From: a virus
Taxonomy: Duplodnaviria; Caudoviricetes
Length of the DNA: 55,082 nt
IMG/VR virus record: IMGVR_UViG_3300030430_005159
Coordinates: 1 to 55,082 of that record
Strand: one strand, 5' to 3'
Positions 46,601 through 53,536 of this stretch are shown here, in pieces. How positions within the stretch are numbered: position 1 is the first letter of the stretch; each line of letters opens with the position of its first letter. The position numbers and the translations under genes are program-made. The notes below the pieces were generated by a model. That model made no database searches. It saw nothing but the letters and a program-made list of their open reading frames with translations, and was not told the origin of the DNA.

Positions 46601-47331
46601 TGAACCAGAAATTTTTCGATTTCACTGTCCGGTATTTGGATTCGAACGTCGGAAGAAATCTTGCCAGCACCCGTAGCAGCGTCGTCGCCGCGAATCGCAC
46701 GCTTCAGCGCCGCTCCACTCAGCAAACTGCCCACCAATGGTGCCGCTGCCAACTGAATCAGGCCTGCCGTACCAGATATGCCAACGTCTACCAAGTGAGA
46801 CGTGCGCCGCTCAGGGTCCGAAACCGCCAATCGACCCGATTGCGTAGCCGAAAGCAGGTCAGAAAACCCGCTTGGGTCCTTGAATGACGCGATATCGGCC
46901 AAGTTTCGGGTCGCTTCGGCGTCTCCCTCGAAGGCTTTTTCGGCCATTTCGTCCAACGCACGGTTCGCCCGACGTATGGAACCCACCGGATCCATGCCAA
47001 TTGCACGCAACTCGCTCTCGCGAAGGTCCGTCACAAACTCCGGTTCGCCCTTTACGTCCTCGCCACCAAAGAAATAATCCGCCGCGTCGTCCAACTTTTG
47101 ACCCGCAGACTGCCGAAGCTCCGTAATCTGGGTCTCAAGCTCACCGCCCGGCGCCACATAATCCCGAATCTGCTGGTATTTCTGCCGCAAATCCTCAATC
47201 GAAGACTCCTCGGACTCGTCACGAACATCGGCAGCTACCTGAGCGCGGAGCGCAGGTTCGTCCAGAGGCTGGCCCTTCTCCTTTCGGAAGCCCCTCATGT
47301 TCCCCATCAGCACGTCATCGAATGACGCCAT
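40633..47331 (-). CDS. Large polyvalent protein: EEIQSD domain, zincin metallopeptidase, ParB-like domain, ADP-ribosyltransferase (ART-PolyVal-like)
   Basis: FVEEIQSDWHQKGR (~45110-45150); ALHELVHA HExxH (~43603-43617); VVQHEGRAR (~42793-42820); FKRFFGDSKVVDDDGKPLPVFHGT...AIYTS...GFDGII...YMAFKPEQIKSATGN (~41520-42486). Confidence 0.8.
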   Translation of the reverse strand: MASFDDVLMGNMRGFRKEKGQPLDEPALRAQVAADVRDESEESSIEDLRQKYQQIRDYVAPGGELETQITELRQSAGQKLDDAADYFFGGEDVKGEPEFVTDLRESELRAIGMDPVGSIRRANRALDEMAEKAFEGDAEATRNLADIASFKDPSGFSDLLSATQSGRLAVSDPERRTSHLVDVGISGTAGLIQLAAAPLVGSLLSGAALKRAIRGDDAATGAGKISSDVRIQIPDSEIEKFLVQDIDLKTIEPSAKKQIEEFLSEQKEQTRRRIEKNQKKIDEQGLIDAVADAAEQSANSAVFQALNVPFFVKTQIKEYQQSLRIDPELKNPVFESEIEKVVTQKVPNKLGVDDVEKFLSGKGAKKSEIVDTKIPEFIENAKAAGKKSVTKDELIKHLDENKVQIEEVRLSTSPKEPPKELKDLRVEYQAAFDDIRDEATAVASKLTPNNVLDSVDRLRNSPTFFRGEYTDYIVDINKLEDFDNIPPDIKPFFDEITDLIDSGRSPYTWTLEEAALIIKARDAVNAKLADPEYARMVDQEYTKLDESMTARTHPDAPIGKFLEQHEDIKKSANILNSMPEAVTRLAALQEFESLPKTKRLRELYDIKRVKEDEFSGPGSKPQWEYYTVPGGEDYQEILLTVPTNIKVTDEFLDWYKQNDYSDEFVPFFERNKDYQKNRIEAYLRENPEKRASMGVKDDFTESHHRKIPNVMVHIRTKDRVDSKGRRILFVEEIQSDWHQKGRNSGYESKPKKLPDDLESAFNRRMEAQREAQAAQKRYSESLGEGNLSFEKMTALEAKVKASAKEQREAEKNFAEAIKRNDPDKQFNRSFLSPPTFYAQFGVGGFDTFRERWNIMTSGGPPVPDAPFKDTKDWTALSIKRIFREAAEGGYDGVAFSRSDMITPLVTLPENEALDVMGNPEAFLKRLAELKKQGGEVARGAEQAETVFGGNQYYYDKLIPSIAKRETKAKQGTTYIELRDVGFSKVGVPRTPGGPPRTQVMQTTLDRLVRKGDAIEVPFFELTDKVKDRVIKPQKLYSVALPGIAVGAAAAEEEELSAAAALGAIGLGGMALYRGSRLNKVVEGSDLVGVAKSRLKPIEGVPERGDKVDVGLGDLTVEGAIDAMRKIKSGTELAEFIAKNADNPTYKTIAKRIMPHLEDTDVHVLTGKAEDFPEFVVESAKKGDLDVSVFNSLALMTAHESRLRSVTQGLNWSSEGEAFNDVFIRGVVDQSGATAEVALHELVHAATVRRLRDGNLVANKGTKLEEASSAIIDLRNNVVEVARQQINSDEIDPDLRQLLVRATQDQKEFVAYGLTNRPFQEYLMTVKVGTKSAWTTFVEKVAELLGISKKDQNALSELLLQTEKLLDSPLDELSARPGTEFISRMEKPIQQLGKADEAAKGARVSDLEVPTETSAYEGRQTAGKVVFDSKDGMGAVPNNTNVAYMGFVAWMKPRDFLGLNPVRPTERAADTVKAVTEAIEDGKPIGPPFLKVGLVEEGDDAGSFRVVQHEGRARMTALDSIQPDVPVPVHVFGRGVIDRGRDITPEMMQSLVDPASNVRLLPDERAAGGKSVTPDAAWHVPDSDDYDPNYLPVGKTYRPNLADTPASAAAQTDTPEFKRFFGDSKVVDDDGKPLPVFHGTSGDFDEFRAGSPESAFGSAIYTSDNVDDVNVNYARAEGPDIQNRVDQEIDRIYSLDDADDDDILNAAQRYMDRTESTDTELLEAIKTGDVEKLKDELEPDLIEQIARQRVLGDEAFSVMKTYVKIENPVYLDPSGTKGRTTFDYDVEFDEVGNIVDESGSVIDLLETIDDVAGNFDTAPANVQNLKTFIIEELSASSRIGRTEQEVDAFDIFKEVKDGNYYFETEMGEDGTSEFIRQVFEQMGFDGIIADAYHFFGPRDGSTGFQKLGMEGVTPGTYHYMAFKPEQIKSATGNVGTFDPSGNILKGIGVGATIPAAAAVRSQRQEEEGNPNPDMTSEIDDIEVFSMFVNPKEMFASGRFSTLPAERIPSESPEIGDPNEPMKQVMSLDLSEIEDFRSTYRDRKQLADELLELMLMIEAEYRELPRDDQEGSQGMALREWYDDTGAKFKEAEGRLMALEQERGARGDDFFYDTSFYPIFDLDETRAFTIKGSRGPKIISDETIRALQEEEQRQRFEKTNTDGTAVVDLIGKNGPMNRYIFNKAKLFGHPLQSVQLNSSEKIRLKSDMSNVQDLNEAGLISFLLFKELIGDVELL

Positions 47332-47335
47332 GATA

Positions 47336-47728
47336 TCAGGTACCGATCAGTGTGACAGAGACCGTGCCCGTTGGCGCCGTCGTCCCAGCCGTGCCCGCTG
47401 TGGTCACCACTGCCAAGTGCAGGTAGTTGCTCGTAGCAAACTGCACGCCGCCCGGAATCAGCATCTCGACCGAACGAGAAGCCGGAGCCTTCAACACAAA
47501 CGAAGGAACCGTCGTGCCCACTGAAAGCTGACCGGCATCCGCGTTGGTGCTCTCGTACAGCTTCAAATACACCGCTTCCGTCGAGTTGGCGCTGTTGTCC
47601 AGCTTCACCACGAACATCTGTGGCGCCGTCTTGTTGAACACGTTCGCAACCGGAGTCGCGTTGGCTGCCGTCTCCCTGAAAATCAAGGTTCCAAGCGGAC
47701 TACTTACAGTCTTGAGAATATCGGCCAT
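47336..47728 (-). CDS. Small beta-rich virion protein (paralog family, copy 2)
   Basis: 130 aa; VKLDNSAN..AVYLKLYE...PSFVLKAP...IPGGVQF. Confidence 0.7.
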   Translation of the reverse strand: MADILKTVSSPLGTLIFRETAANATPVANVFNKTAPQMFVVKLDNSANSTEAVYLKLYESTNADAGQLSVGTTVPSFVLKAPASRSVEMLIPGGVQFATSNYLHLAVVTTAGTAGTTAPTGTVSVTLIGT

Positions 47729-47737
47729 GAATCTACC

Positions 47738-48112
47738 TCAGCTAAAAATCACGGTCACGGACACATTCTGAGTCGGATCGCCGATATTGCTCGTGGCGCC
47801 GGACTGCACGCAGCGAAGCGAAAGACCGTTTGCAATCGTCAAGCCGCTCGGAAACGAAATCGTGCGGTTTGCCGCGTTGTCGATCACAAACACGTAGTCC
47901 GGCTCCGTTGCGTCCACGTCAATGCCACCATCGACCAAGTTGTCATACAGTTTCAAGAACGATCGATCGTTTGTATTTAAACTGTTATCCACAATAATAG
48001 AGTGTACAGTTGCCGCTCCATTTGTAATGTTTTGAAGCGCTGAACTTCCCAGATCGGTCTCGACGACAATCTTGTTTGTGACGTACGAATTATCAAGCGT
48101 TGTTGTTGCCAT
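47738..48112 (-). CDS. Small beta-rich virion protein (paralog family, copy 1)
   Basis: 124 aa; IIVDNS...SFLKLYD...PDYVFVI...FPSGLTIANGLS; GGAG RBS. Confidence 0.7.
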   Translation of the reverse strand: MATTTLDNSYVTNKIVVETDLGSSALQNITNGAATVHSIIVDNSLNTNDRSFLKLYDNLVDGGIDVDATEPDYVFVIDNAANRTISFPSGLTIANGLSLRCVQSGATSNIGDPTQNVSVTVIFS

Positions 48113-48139
48113 GCTGTCTCCGACGAATCGTTCCCGACA

Positions 48140-48167
48140 ACTTTACCTTATATCGCCAATATAGCAA
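48140..48167 (-). promoter_or_regulatory. Candidate promoter for the virion operon
   Basis: Minus strand TTGCTA-N16-TAAAGT just downstream of the rusA terminator. Confidence 0.3.
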
Positions 48168-48201
48168 ACAAAGAAAAGGGCCCCACAAAACGCAGGGCCC
48201 T
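48166..48201 (-). terminator. Rho-independent terminator after rusA
   Basis: AGGGCCC/GGGCCCT stem followed by TTTCTTTGTTT on the minus strand. Confidence 0.65.
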
Positions 48202-48271
48202 CGCAAACAAACAAACAACATAGGAGAGTTACTTCCCACCAAATGGTAACGCGGCGGTCAGAAAACGTCAA

Positions 48272-48787
48272 TCACCACGGCAAATCATCGTCGATTGGGC
48301 ATTCCACAGGTTGAGCCATGTGGTCCGGCAACTCATCCCACCAGCCCGACTCAGGTTCCGGTTCGGCCATGCGTAGCCGCAAGCACAGCCTTGGACCCCG
48401 ATTCCGCTCGGCATAACAGTCCAGTATGGTCACTCGAACGACCTGTGAGTCGTCGCGTACCACGCCTGCCATCACGAGCGCGTCCAACGCCGATTTGCAG
48501 ATGTTGTCTGCGTCTGGTTTGGAAACCTTATATATGACGTGATCTGGATCTCGTTTTCGCATCAGACGCTTTGGCCTGTGTGCGAACGCGGCAATCTCGA
48601 CCTCTACAGGACCGTCAATCGGTGCCTTGCGCCAACGACTCGACATGATCGTCGCAGCAGAGCGCTCCCAGTCGGCCGTCTTCTTTGGTGTGTACAAACG
48701 AACGGATCCGCCGATGCTTGCGCCCCGCGGTCTGCCTTTGCCAATCGGAGGACCCGCTATCTCGACCCTGTAGAGCCAGTCACTCAT
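48272..48787 (-). CDS. rusA: RusA-family Holliday junction resolvase
   Basis: GPPIGKGRPR, YTPKKT..WE, KPDADNICKSALDAL...GVVRDDSQVV. Confidence 0.92.
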   Translation of the reverse strand: MSDWLYRVEIAGPPIGKGRPRGASIGGSVRLYTPKKTADWERSAATIMSSRWRKAPIDGPVEVEIAAFAHRPKRLMRKRDPDHVIYKVSKPDADNICKSALDALVMAGVVRDDSQVVRVTILDCYAERNRGPRLCLRLRMAEPEPESGWWDELPDHMAQPVECPIDDDLPW

Positions 48788-49178
48788 AGTTTTCCTCGTG
48801 CCAACGCATTAGCTCGTTTCGCAATCCCGATATGTCAGGCACGCCATCCACAGACTCGCAGGCCATGTAGATCTCGTCGACCACACGGAACAACGCCTGA
48901 ATCATGCCCCTGTTTTCCACGTGACGCTCCAAGTCATGCAACGCCCACGGCACATCCAACCTTGCAGCCACCGTCTTGCACCACGGCGGAACACCACGCC
49001 AGTCTTCTGGAGACATCGCCTGATTTGCAAGCCAAGCGTGCCAATCGCGAATCGCGACCATCAGGTTTCTCGACACAAACGCAGAATCCAGCATCAGTTC
49101 CACCTCGGGCAGGGCTTGTTGTTGCCCAATGAGTTCGAGAAGTGCATGGGATCGCGCAGATCGCTCCATTCTTCCCAT
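48780..49178 (-). CDS. Hypothetical helical protein
   Basis: 132 aa; stop overlaps the rusA start; 5' end uncertain (overlaps the upstream ORF by up to 85 nt). Confidence 0.55.
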   Translation of the reverse strand: MGRMERSARSHALLELIGQQQALPEVELMLDSAFVSRNLMVAIRDWHAWLANQAMSPEDWRGVPPWCKTVAARLDVPWALHDLERHVENRGMIQALFRVVDEIYMACESVDGVPDISGLRNELMRWHEENYE

Positions 49179-50059
49179 TCGACGTAGTTCAGAATCTTCT
49201 CAATCTCGTCATCCTCCAGACGCACCCATCGGACGACACGCTTGGACGCGACAAACGCCAAAGACGACGGCAAGGATTCTGGATCCTCGATGTACTGCCT
49301 GCGGACCCTGCGCCAGAAGTTCTGTGCAAGCTTGTCGGTACGGCGTGTGTGCAATCGCATGTATCGGCCAAACTCCTGATCGGGCACGCCCAGCATGGCT
49401 CGGTTGTGGACACGAATGCGCTTTTTGAACAGATACAGGCCGCTGGAGTCAACATCTGGGCCGTGCTTGAACAGATACTGGTGAATGAACCGCATTGTTG
49501 CCCATGCACAGCGCTGCTTGTGAGCAACCCCGACTTTGCGCTCTATATAAGGGTCATATGAGGCAAGCTTTTTGTCATGCTCTGTCTCAAGCAAGATTGT
49601 GTACGCTGCCGGAAAAAGCCGGCGCGGTGTGCCCTTCTTTGCGCGCAAAACAGCCAATCTGCCATCAGGATCACTGATTGCCACCTGATAACGGTCAGAT
49701 GAAAGTTGCCATGTCCCGGTTGCGAGCGATTTGGCTCGTACGTCCTCTGCGTGCTCCCAGTCAATAGGCTTGGTCTTGTACTTGCTCACCATGGTCGCTG
49801 TTTCGACCTTGCGGAGAACATCCAAAAACTTTTCCGACAAACCGTCGTATTTGACCACAATGTCTCCCGGCTTCAAATGGTTTTTGGCGCTTTCTGGAAT
49901 TGCGGTCAAACGAACAAACTGCACGCCCTGTGGAGACCCTTCGGGCAAAATGCAGGAACGATAGGTGGCGATTTCGGCCTCGCTGTCTACGGGCAACCCC
50001 AAAACGCCCTCTATGCCAGCAGCAGGAAATCGGTTCACTAAGCAAACGTAGTCTTTCAT
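49094..50059 (-). CDS. Hypothetical protein, first gene of the minus-strand block
   Basis: 321 aa; GAGGT RBS; no recognised motif. Confidence 0.65.
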   Translation of the reverse strand: MKDYVCLVNRFPAAGIEGVLGLPVDSEAEIATYRSCILPEGSPQGVQFVRLTAIPESAKNHLKPGDIVVKYDGLSEKFLDVLRKVETATMVSKYKTKPIDWEHAEDVRAKSLATGTWQLSSDRYQVAISDPDGRLAVLRAKKGTPRRLFPAAYTILLETEHDKKLASYDPYIERKVGVAHKQRCAWATMRFIHQYLFKHGPDVDSSGLYLFKKRIRVHNRAMLGVPDQEFGRYMRLHTRRTDKLAQNFWRRVRRQYIEDPESLPSSLAFVASKRVVRWVRLEDDEIEKILNYVEWEEWSDLRDPMHFSNSLGNNKPCPRWN

Positions 50060-50327
50060 AAATACCTCGGCTGGCCAGTTTATGATTGCGAAAGGTTCGC
50101 GTCAACCCTGACCTTTTCAAAAATCAAAAACGTGAATCGCTCATCATTAAGGGGGGCTCCGCCCCCCAGCGCGCAAAAAACGTTGATTATGGGGGGGTCG
50201 CGTGTGTGTGCGCGTGGAATCGGGCGCGCGCGGGCGTGGCTCCGCCAAAACCCAGGGGGGAGGCCGTTTTTCGCGAAAAATACCGCGCATGGGGGGGCGG
50301 GTATGGCGGGGCGCGTCACACGGCACA

Positions 50328-50645
50328 CCCCCCACCGCCAAACAGCCGGGCCACCACACGGGCCGCGCTACGGGCGACGGTCGCCACGCGGGCGCATGCG
50401 GCACGCGATACGCGAACCACGCGCGCGGGGATTGCGCGAACGGCCGCGACCATGGGGGCGACGGCGCGAGCGGTGACCGCGACCACGGGGGCGACGGGCG
50501 CAAGGGGGGCCACGGCAGGCGGGGCCGGGTTGACTGGAACCACCACCACACGGGGGGCGCCCACCACGCGAAGCGCAGCGGCCTTGACCCACGCGACGAA
50601 GCGACCCGTGCGCGTACACCGCGCCCGTTGACGGGGGGCGTCCGC
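50328..50645. repeat. Degenerate GC-rich direct repeats (CCAC/CATGGGGGCGACGG-like)
   Basis: CGCGACCATGGGGGCGACGG, CGCGACCACGGGGGCGACGG, CCACACGGGGGGCG, GACGGGGGGCG. Confidence 0.55.
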
Positions 50646-50907
50646 TGTGAGGTTCGAAAATGCGAGGGTGAGTTCCATACCTCCAGCGTAACCATACCGG
50701 GCACACCTGACAAGGGGGGGCAAGCAAAAAAGTAAAAATACTTTGGCACGGGTATTGCATGCGTACACGTACGCGGGCGCACGGTTTCCTTTTGTTGCGA
50801 AAACGGCGAGACGCTGAAAAAGGGGTCCACAAAAAAAAATGAAAAAAAATTCCTCAATGATTCTAATAACTTACGGCGATATTGACTATTTTTTTTGGAT
50901 ACCACAC

Positions 50908-50990
50908 TTGCACTACCTGCCATACCGTGCAATCTTGTTTGTGTGGCGGGGGAACACCCCCCAAAACAAAACAAGACAAGCTCTTTCAAA
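50908..50990 (+). promoter_or_regulatory. Candidate early promoter, hairpin and boxA-like antitermination element
   Basis: A/T tracts at 50830-50897; TTGCAC at 50908 (weak -10); stem-loop 50933-50976; GCTCTTTCAAA at 50980-50990 resembles boxA (GCTCTTTAACA). Confidence 0.5.
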
Positions 50991-51002
50991 TCGCGAATAG
51001 AT

Positions 51003-51795
51003 TGTACGTGCAAGATGGAATCAGCCCACGAACCCGAAGGGTGACGGCATTCCGAGACGCAAGCCGGGCGGACGAACCCGGCCGCCGATGACCAGTAGGG
51101 GGAGGACTCTGTCGCCCGCCGAAAGTCACAAGCGAAGCCAAGCAACACCAAGGGAACGGAAACCGGCCACGGCCGGGTCCCAAGTGAGTGACAGCGGGAG
51201 CGAAGGTAGGCGCGTTTAGTGGCGAGGACCCCAGCAAACGGGCGAGCCGAATCGGTGAACATCCCACGTGCATGCATAGGCGATTGAAGACGCCTGACAC
51301 CCCATGACCCCCCGCGGCTTAGCCTGACGTGAGGGGGACCCGACACCCGGCCGCGCTCAAGCGGCCACCCAAACAAGGCCGGCGGATAGCTCTCCGCAGT
51401 CTACAAAACGAGCCGCCCGCCCCGTGTGCGACACCTACGGGGGCCCCGTGTGCCGTGGCCACGGGAAGCAATGCGCCCCGGCGAGCGCGTAATCGCCGCC
51501 CCTTTTTTGAGCAGTCCCCCGGCGCATGTTCGCCGAGCCTGCCCACGGTCGCGGTCCCGATACCAGCCGCTTACCCTCGTGACCAGCGCCGCGCATATCG
51601 GGGGGAAGCCGGAAGGCACAGCGGCGCATTTATCCGCGACATAGTCAAACCTAAGCCCCGCGCGGGGGGCTCGCTCATCCACCGCCGGGCGTCCGGGCAG
51701 GGTGAGAGTCGTAAACAGGGCGCCCACTACATAGCCCGCGCCGTGGGCTCCCCTCGCGTATCGAGTAGGGTAGAGCCCCGGCGCGCGGCGGACCT
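51003..51795 (+). ncRNA. Candidate large structured non-coding RNA (family unrecognised)
   Basis: No credible ORF; nested long-range helices (51003-17 with 51260-72; 51112-29 with 51188-203) and many local hairpins; hairpin plus T6 at ~51480-51508. Confidence 0.55.
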
Positions 51796-52069
51796 CTACC
51801 AAAAAAGCGCGTATTTCTTCAAGTGTGCCGGTTTCCCCTGAACCTTTCGCAGTTTGCAGGGTTTTTCGCGGTTTCGCTCCGCGCAAGTCTCGCGCAGTTT
51901 ACCCGGCGGCGGTGCGTTTCGCCCGCCCTATCGTTCGGCCCATTCTCGGCGTTGAACGCCCGGTATCGCGTGGCCGTTGGTGCTTTGAAACTCGCCGAAA
52001 ACGACGCGCGGGGGACCCACTCGCACCCTACCAAAACGCTCGAAACCTTGGGCGCCCCGGTGTTCCGGC

Positions 52070-52420
52070 CCAACCTGTCCCGGACCCTGTCCCGTACCCC
52101 TTCGCACTTGACACACCCGACGCACCTGTTAAACTGGGGTCATGCAATCACAAGGTATGCCAAGTCGTCAAACTGTCCCGTACCCTATCCCGGCGAACTG
52201 TTCAGCTTCCCCGGTGGTTTTCTCGGTTTGTCCCAACCGTCCCAACCTATTCCGGCACATTTTGAGTCGTCTGTTTCTCTCTCTACTACTCCCCCTCTAC
52301 TCGTCTACTTTTTTACTCAAGTAGGTTAGGACGGTTAGGACAAATGACCATAACCGGCCGCCAACCGAAACCTTTCGCTGTCCCATACGGTGGGACGTTT
52401 GTCCCATGACCCGGGACAGC
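52070..52420. other. Origin-like array of TGTCCC/GGGAC repeats with a 23-bp inverted repeat
   Basis: TTTGTCCCAACCGTCCCAACCTA (52227-52249) vs TAGGTTAGGACGGTTAGGACAAA (52322-52344), 2 mismatches; pyrimidine-rich spacer; further (T)GTCCC copies on both sides. Confidence 0.5.
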
Positions 52421-52437
52421 CAACCCTTGGAGGCCCC

Positions 52438-52653
52438 ATGTCTTACGAAACTATTGAGCGCGGACCCCACGGCGATAAGCTGTGGTGCATCACCGAGTGC
52501 AAAGCCTGCGAGGGTCGCGGGACCGTCTGGTACCCCGGATGCGATGCTGCCCCTGCCGACTGCGGACAGTGCCACGGCATGGGCGAGATCGCCCGATTCA
52601 AGCGCCTTGACCTCAACGGCAAGCCCCTTGGGGCGTGGCGTACCTCCGACTAA
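52438..52653 (+). CDS. Small DnaJ-type zinc-finger protein
   Basis: Start MSYETI after TGGAGG; CKACEGRG and CGQCHGMG (two CxxCxGxG). Confidence 0.75.
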   Translation: MSYETIERGPHGDKLWCITECKACEGRGTVWYPGCDAAPADCGQCHGMGEIARFKRLDLNGKPLGAWRTSD

Positions 52654-52767
52654 ACCCGATTCAACAGTGCGGACAGCCCTTTTGGCAGTTTCGTAATCCG
52701 CCTTCAGCGAAAAAGCACGGTTAAAAACTGCCACCCCTTGCAAGCAAACACCCGACACCGGAGGCCC

Positions 52768-52803
52768 TCGTATGGCGTTCCCTTCTCGTATGGCGTTCCC
52801 TTC
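52768..52803 (+). repeat. Perfect 18-bp tandem duplication spanning the start codon
   Basis: TCGTATGGCGTTCCCTTC x2, giving MAFPSR-MAFPSY. Confidence 0.95.
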
Positions 52804-53491
52804 CTATCTCGCGACCGCTACAACCACGAATCGAAAAACAGGCAACGTGCCCACCATCGCCATCGGCGCCACCCGCGAGGAATCGCTGGACTCGTGCCGC
52901 GCCGTGGGCTGTCCGTTGCTGCACAAAAAGCACGGCGGCGAGGGCGATGGCGATAATCCCCTGTGCTATTCCCAACATGGCACCCCGTCGTTCTCTCACT
53001 CCGCCATGGTCAAGGCCCACGCGAAGGGCAAGCGGTACAGCCTCCGGGGTGCGCTGGCGAATGCATCGCGGGCCGCTCGCATGGTTCGGCTCGGGTCCAT
53101 CGGTGACCCGGCGGCCCTCTCCCCGATTGACGGGGCGTACATTCGCAAGGCCGTCAGGGACGAAGGGTTCGCCTTGGTTGGCTACACCCACGGGTGGGCC
53201 ATGGACATGGCGAAGCGCTGGAAAGGTCACATCATGGCCTCGTGTGAGACCTTGGAGCAAGCCGATACCGCCATTGCGGACGGGTGGCGGGCCGTGGTTG
53301 TACTGCCCGAAGACTTCGAGGGCACGACCTTCGACACCCCAGACGGTCACCGGGGCATCGTTTGCCCGGCTCAGCTTGAGCCCGATATCGTGACCTGCAA
53401 TACCTGCCGGGTGTGCGATGCCTCGAAGGCGGGGCCGGTTGTCGGCTTCATCGACCACAGCCCCGGCAAGGCTACCAAGCGCAAGCGCTAA
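52772..53491 (+). CDS. Cys-rich Gp88/DUF7227-like phage protein (possibly Fe-S binding)
   Basis: NRKTG, C....CPL...CY, RLGSIGD, GYTH, SCET, GWR, CPAQ...TCNTCRVC; GGAGG RBS; family name from recollection. Confidence 0.7.
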   Translation: MAFPSRMAFPSYLATATTTNRKTGNVPTIAIGATREESLDSCRAVGCPLLHKKHGGEGDGDNPLCYSQHGTPSFSHSAMVKAHAKGKRYSLRGALANASRAARMVRLGSIGDPAALSPIDGAYIRKAVRDEGFALVGYTHGWAMDMAKRWKGHIMASCETLEQADTAIADGWRAVVVLPEDFEGTTFDTPDGHRGIVCPAQLEPDIVTCNTCRVCDASKAGPVVGFIDHSPGKATKRKR

Positions 53492-53536
53492 ACCTGAACC
53501 CCTTACCGGGGGCTTCGGCCCCCACTGGAGAATCTC

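Noticed and set aside
51085-51325. Possible RNase P, hammerhead or group II intron identity for the structured region (GAAAGTC, CGATGA, CGGCTTA)
   Set aside because: Complete signatures (GAGGAAAGUCC with its pseudoknot partner, CUGAUGA core, domain V) were not found.
50080-52329. Many overlapping long ORFs (e.g. 50147-51376 minus, 50086-50631 plus, 51329-51841 plus)
   Set aside because: Arg/Pro/Ala/Gly-rich translations in all frames with no RBS or motifs, as expected from stop-poor high-GC DNA.
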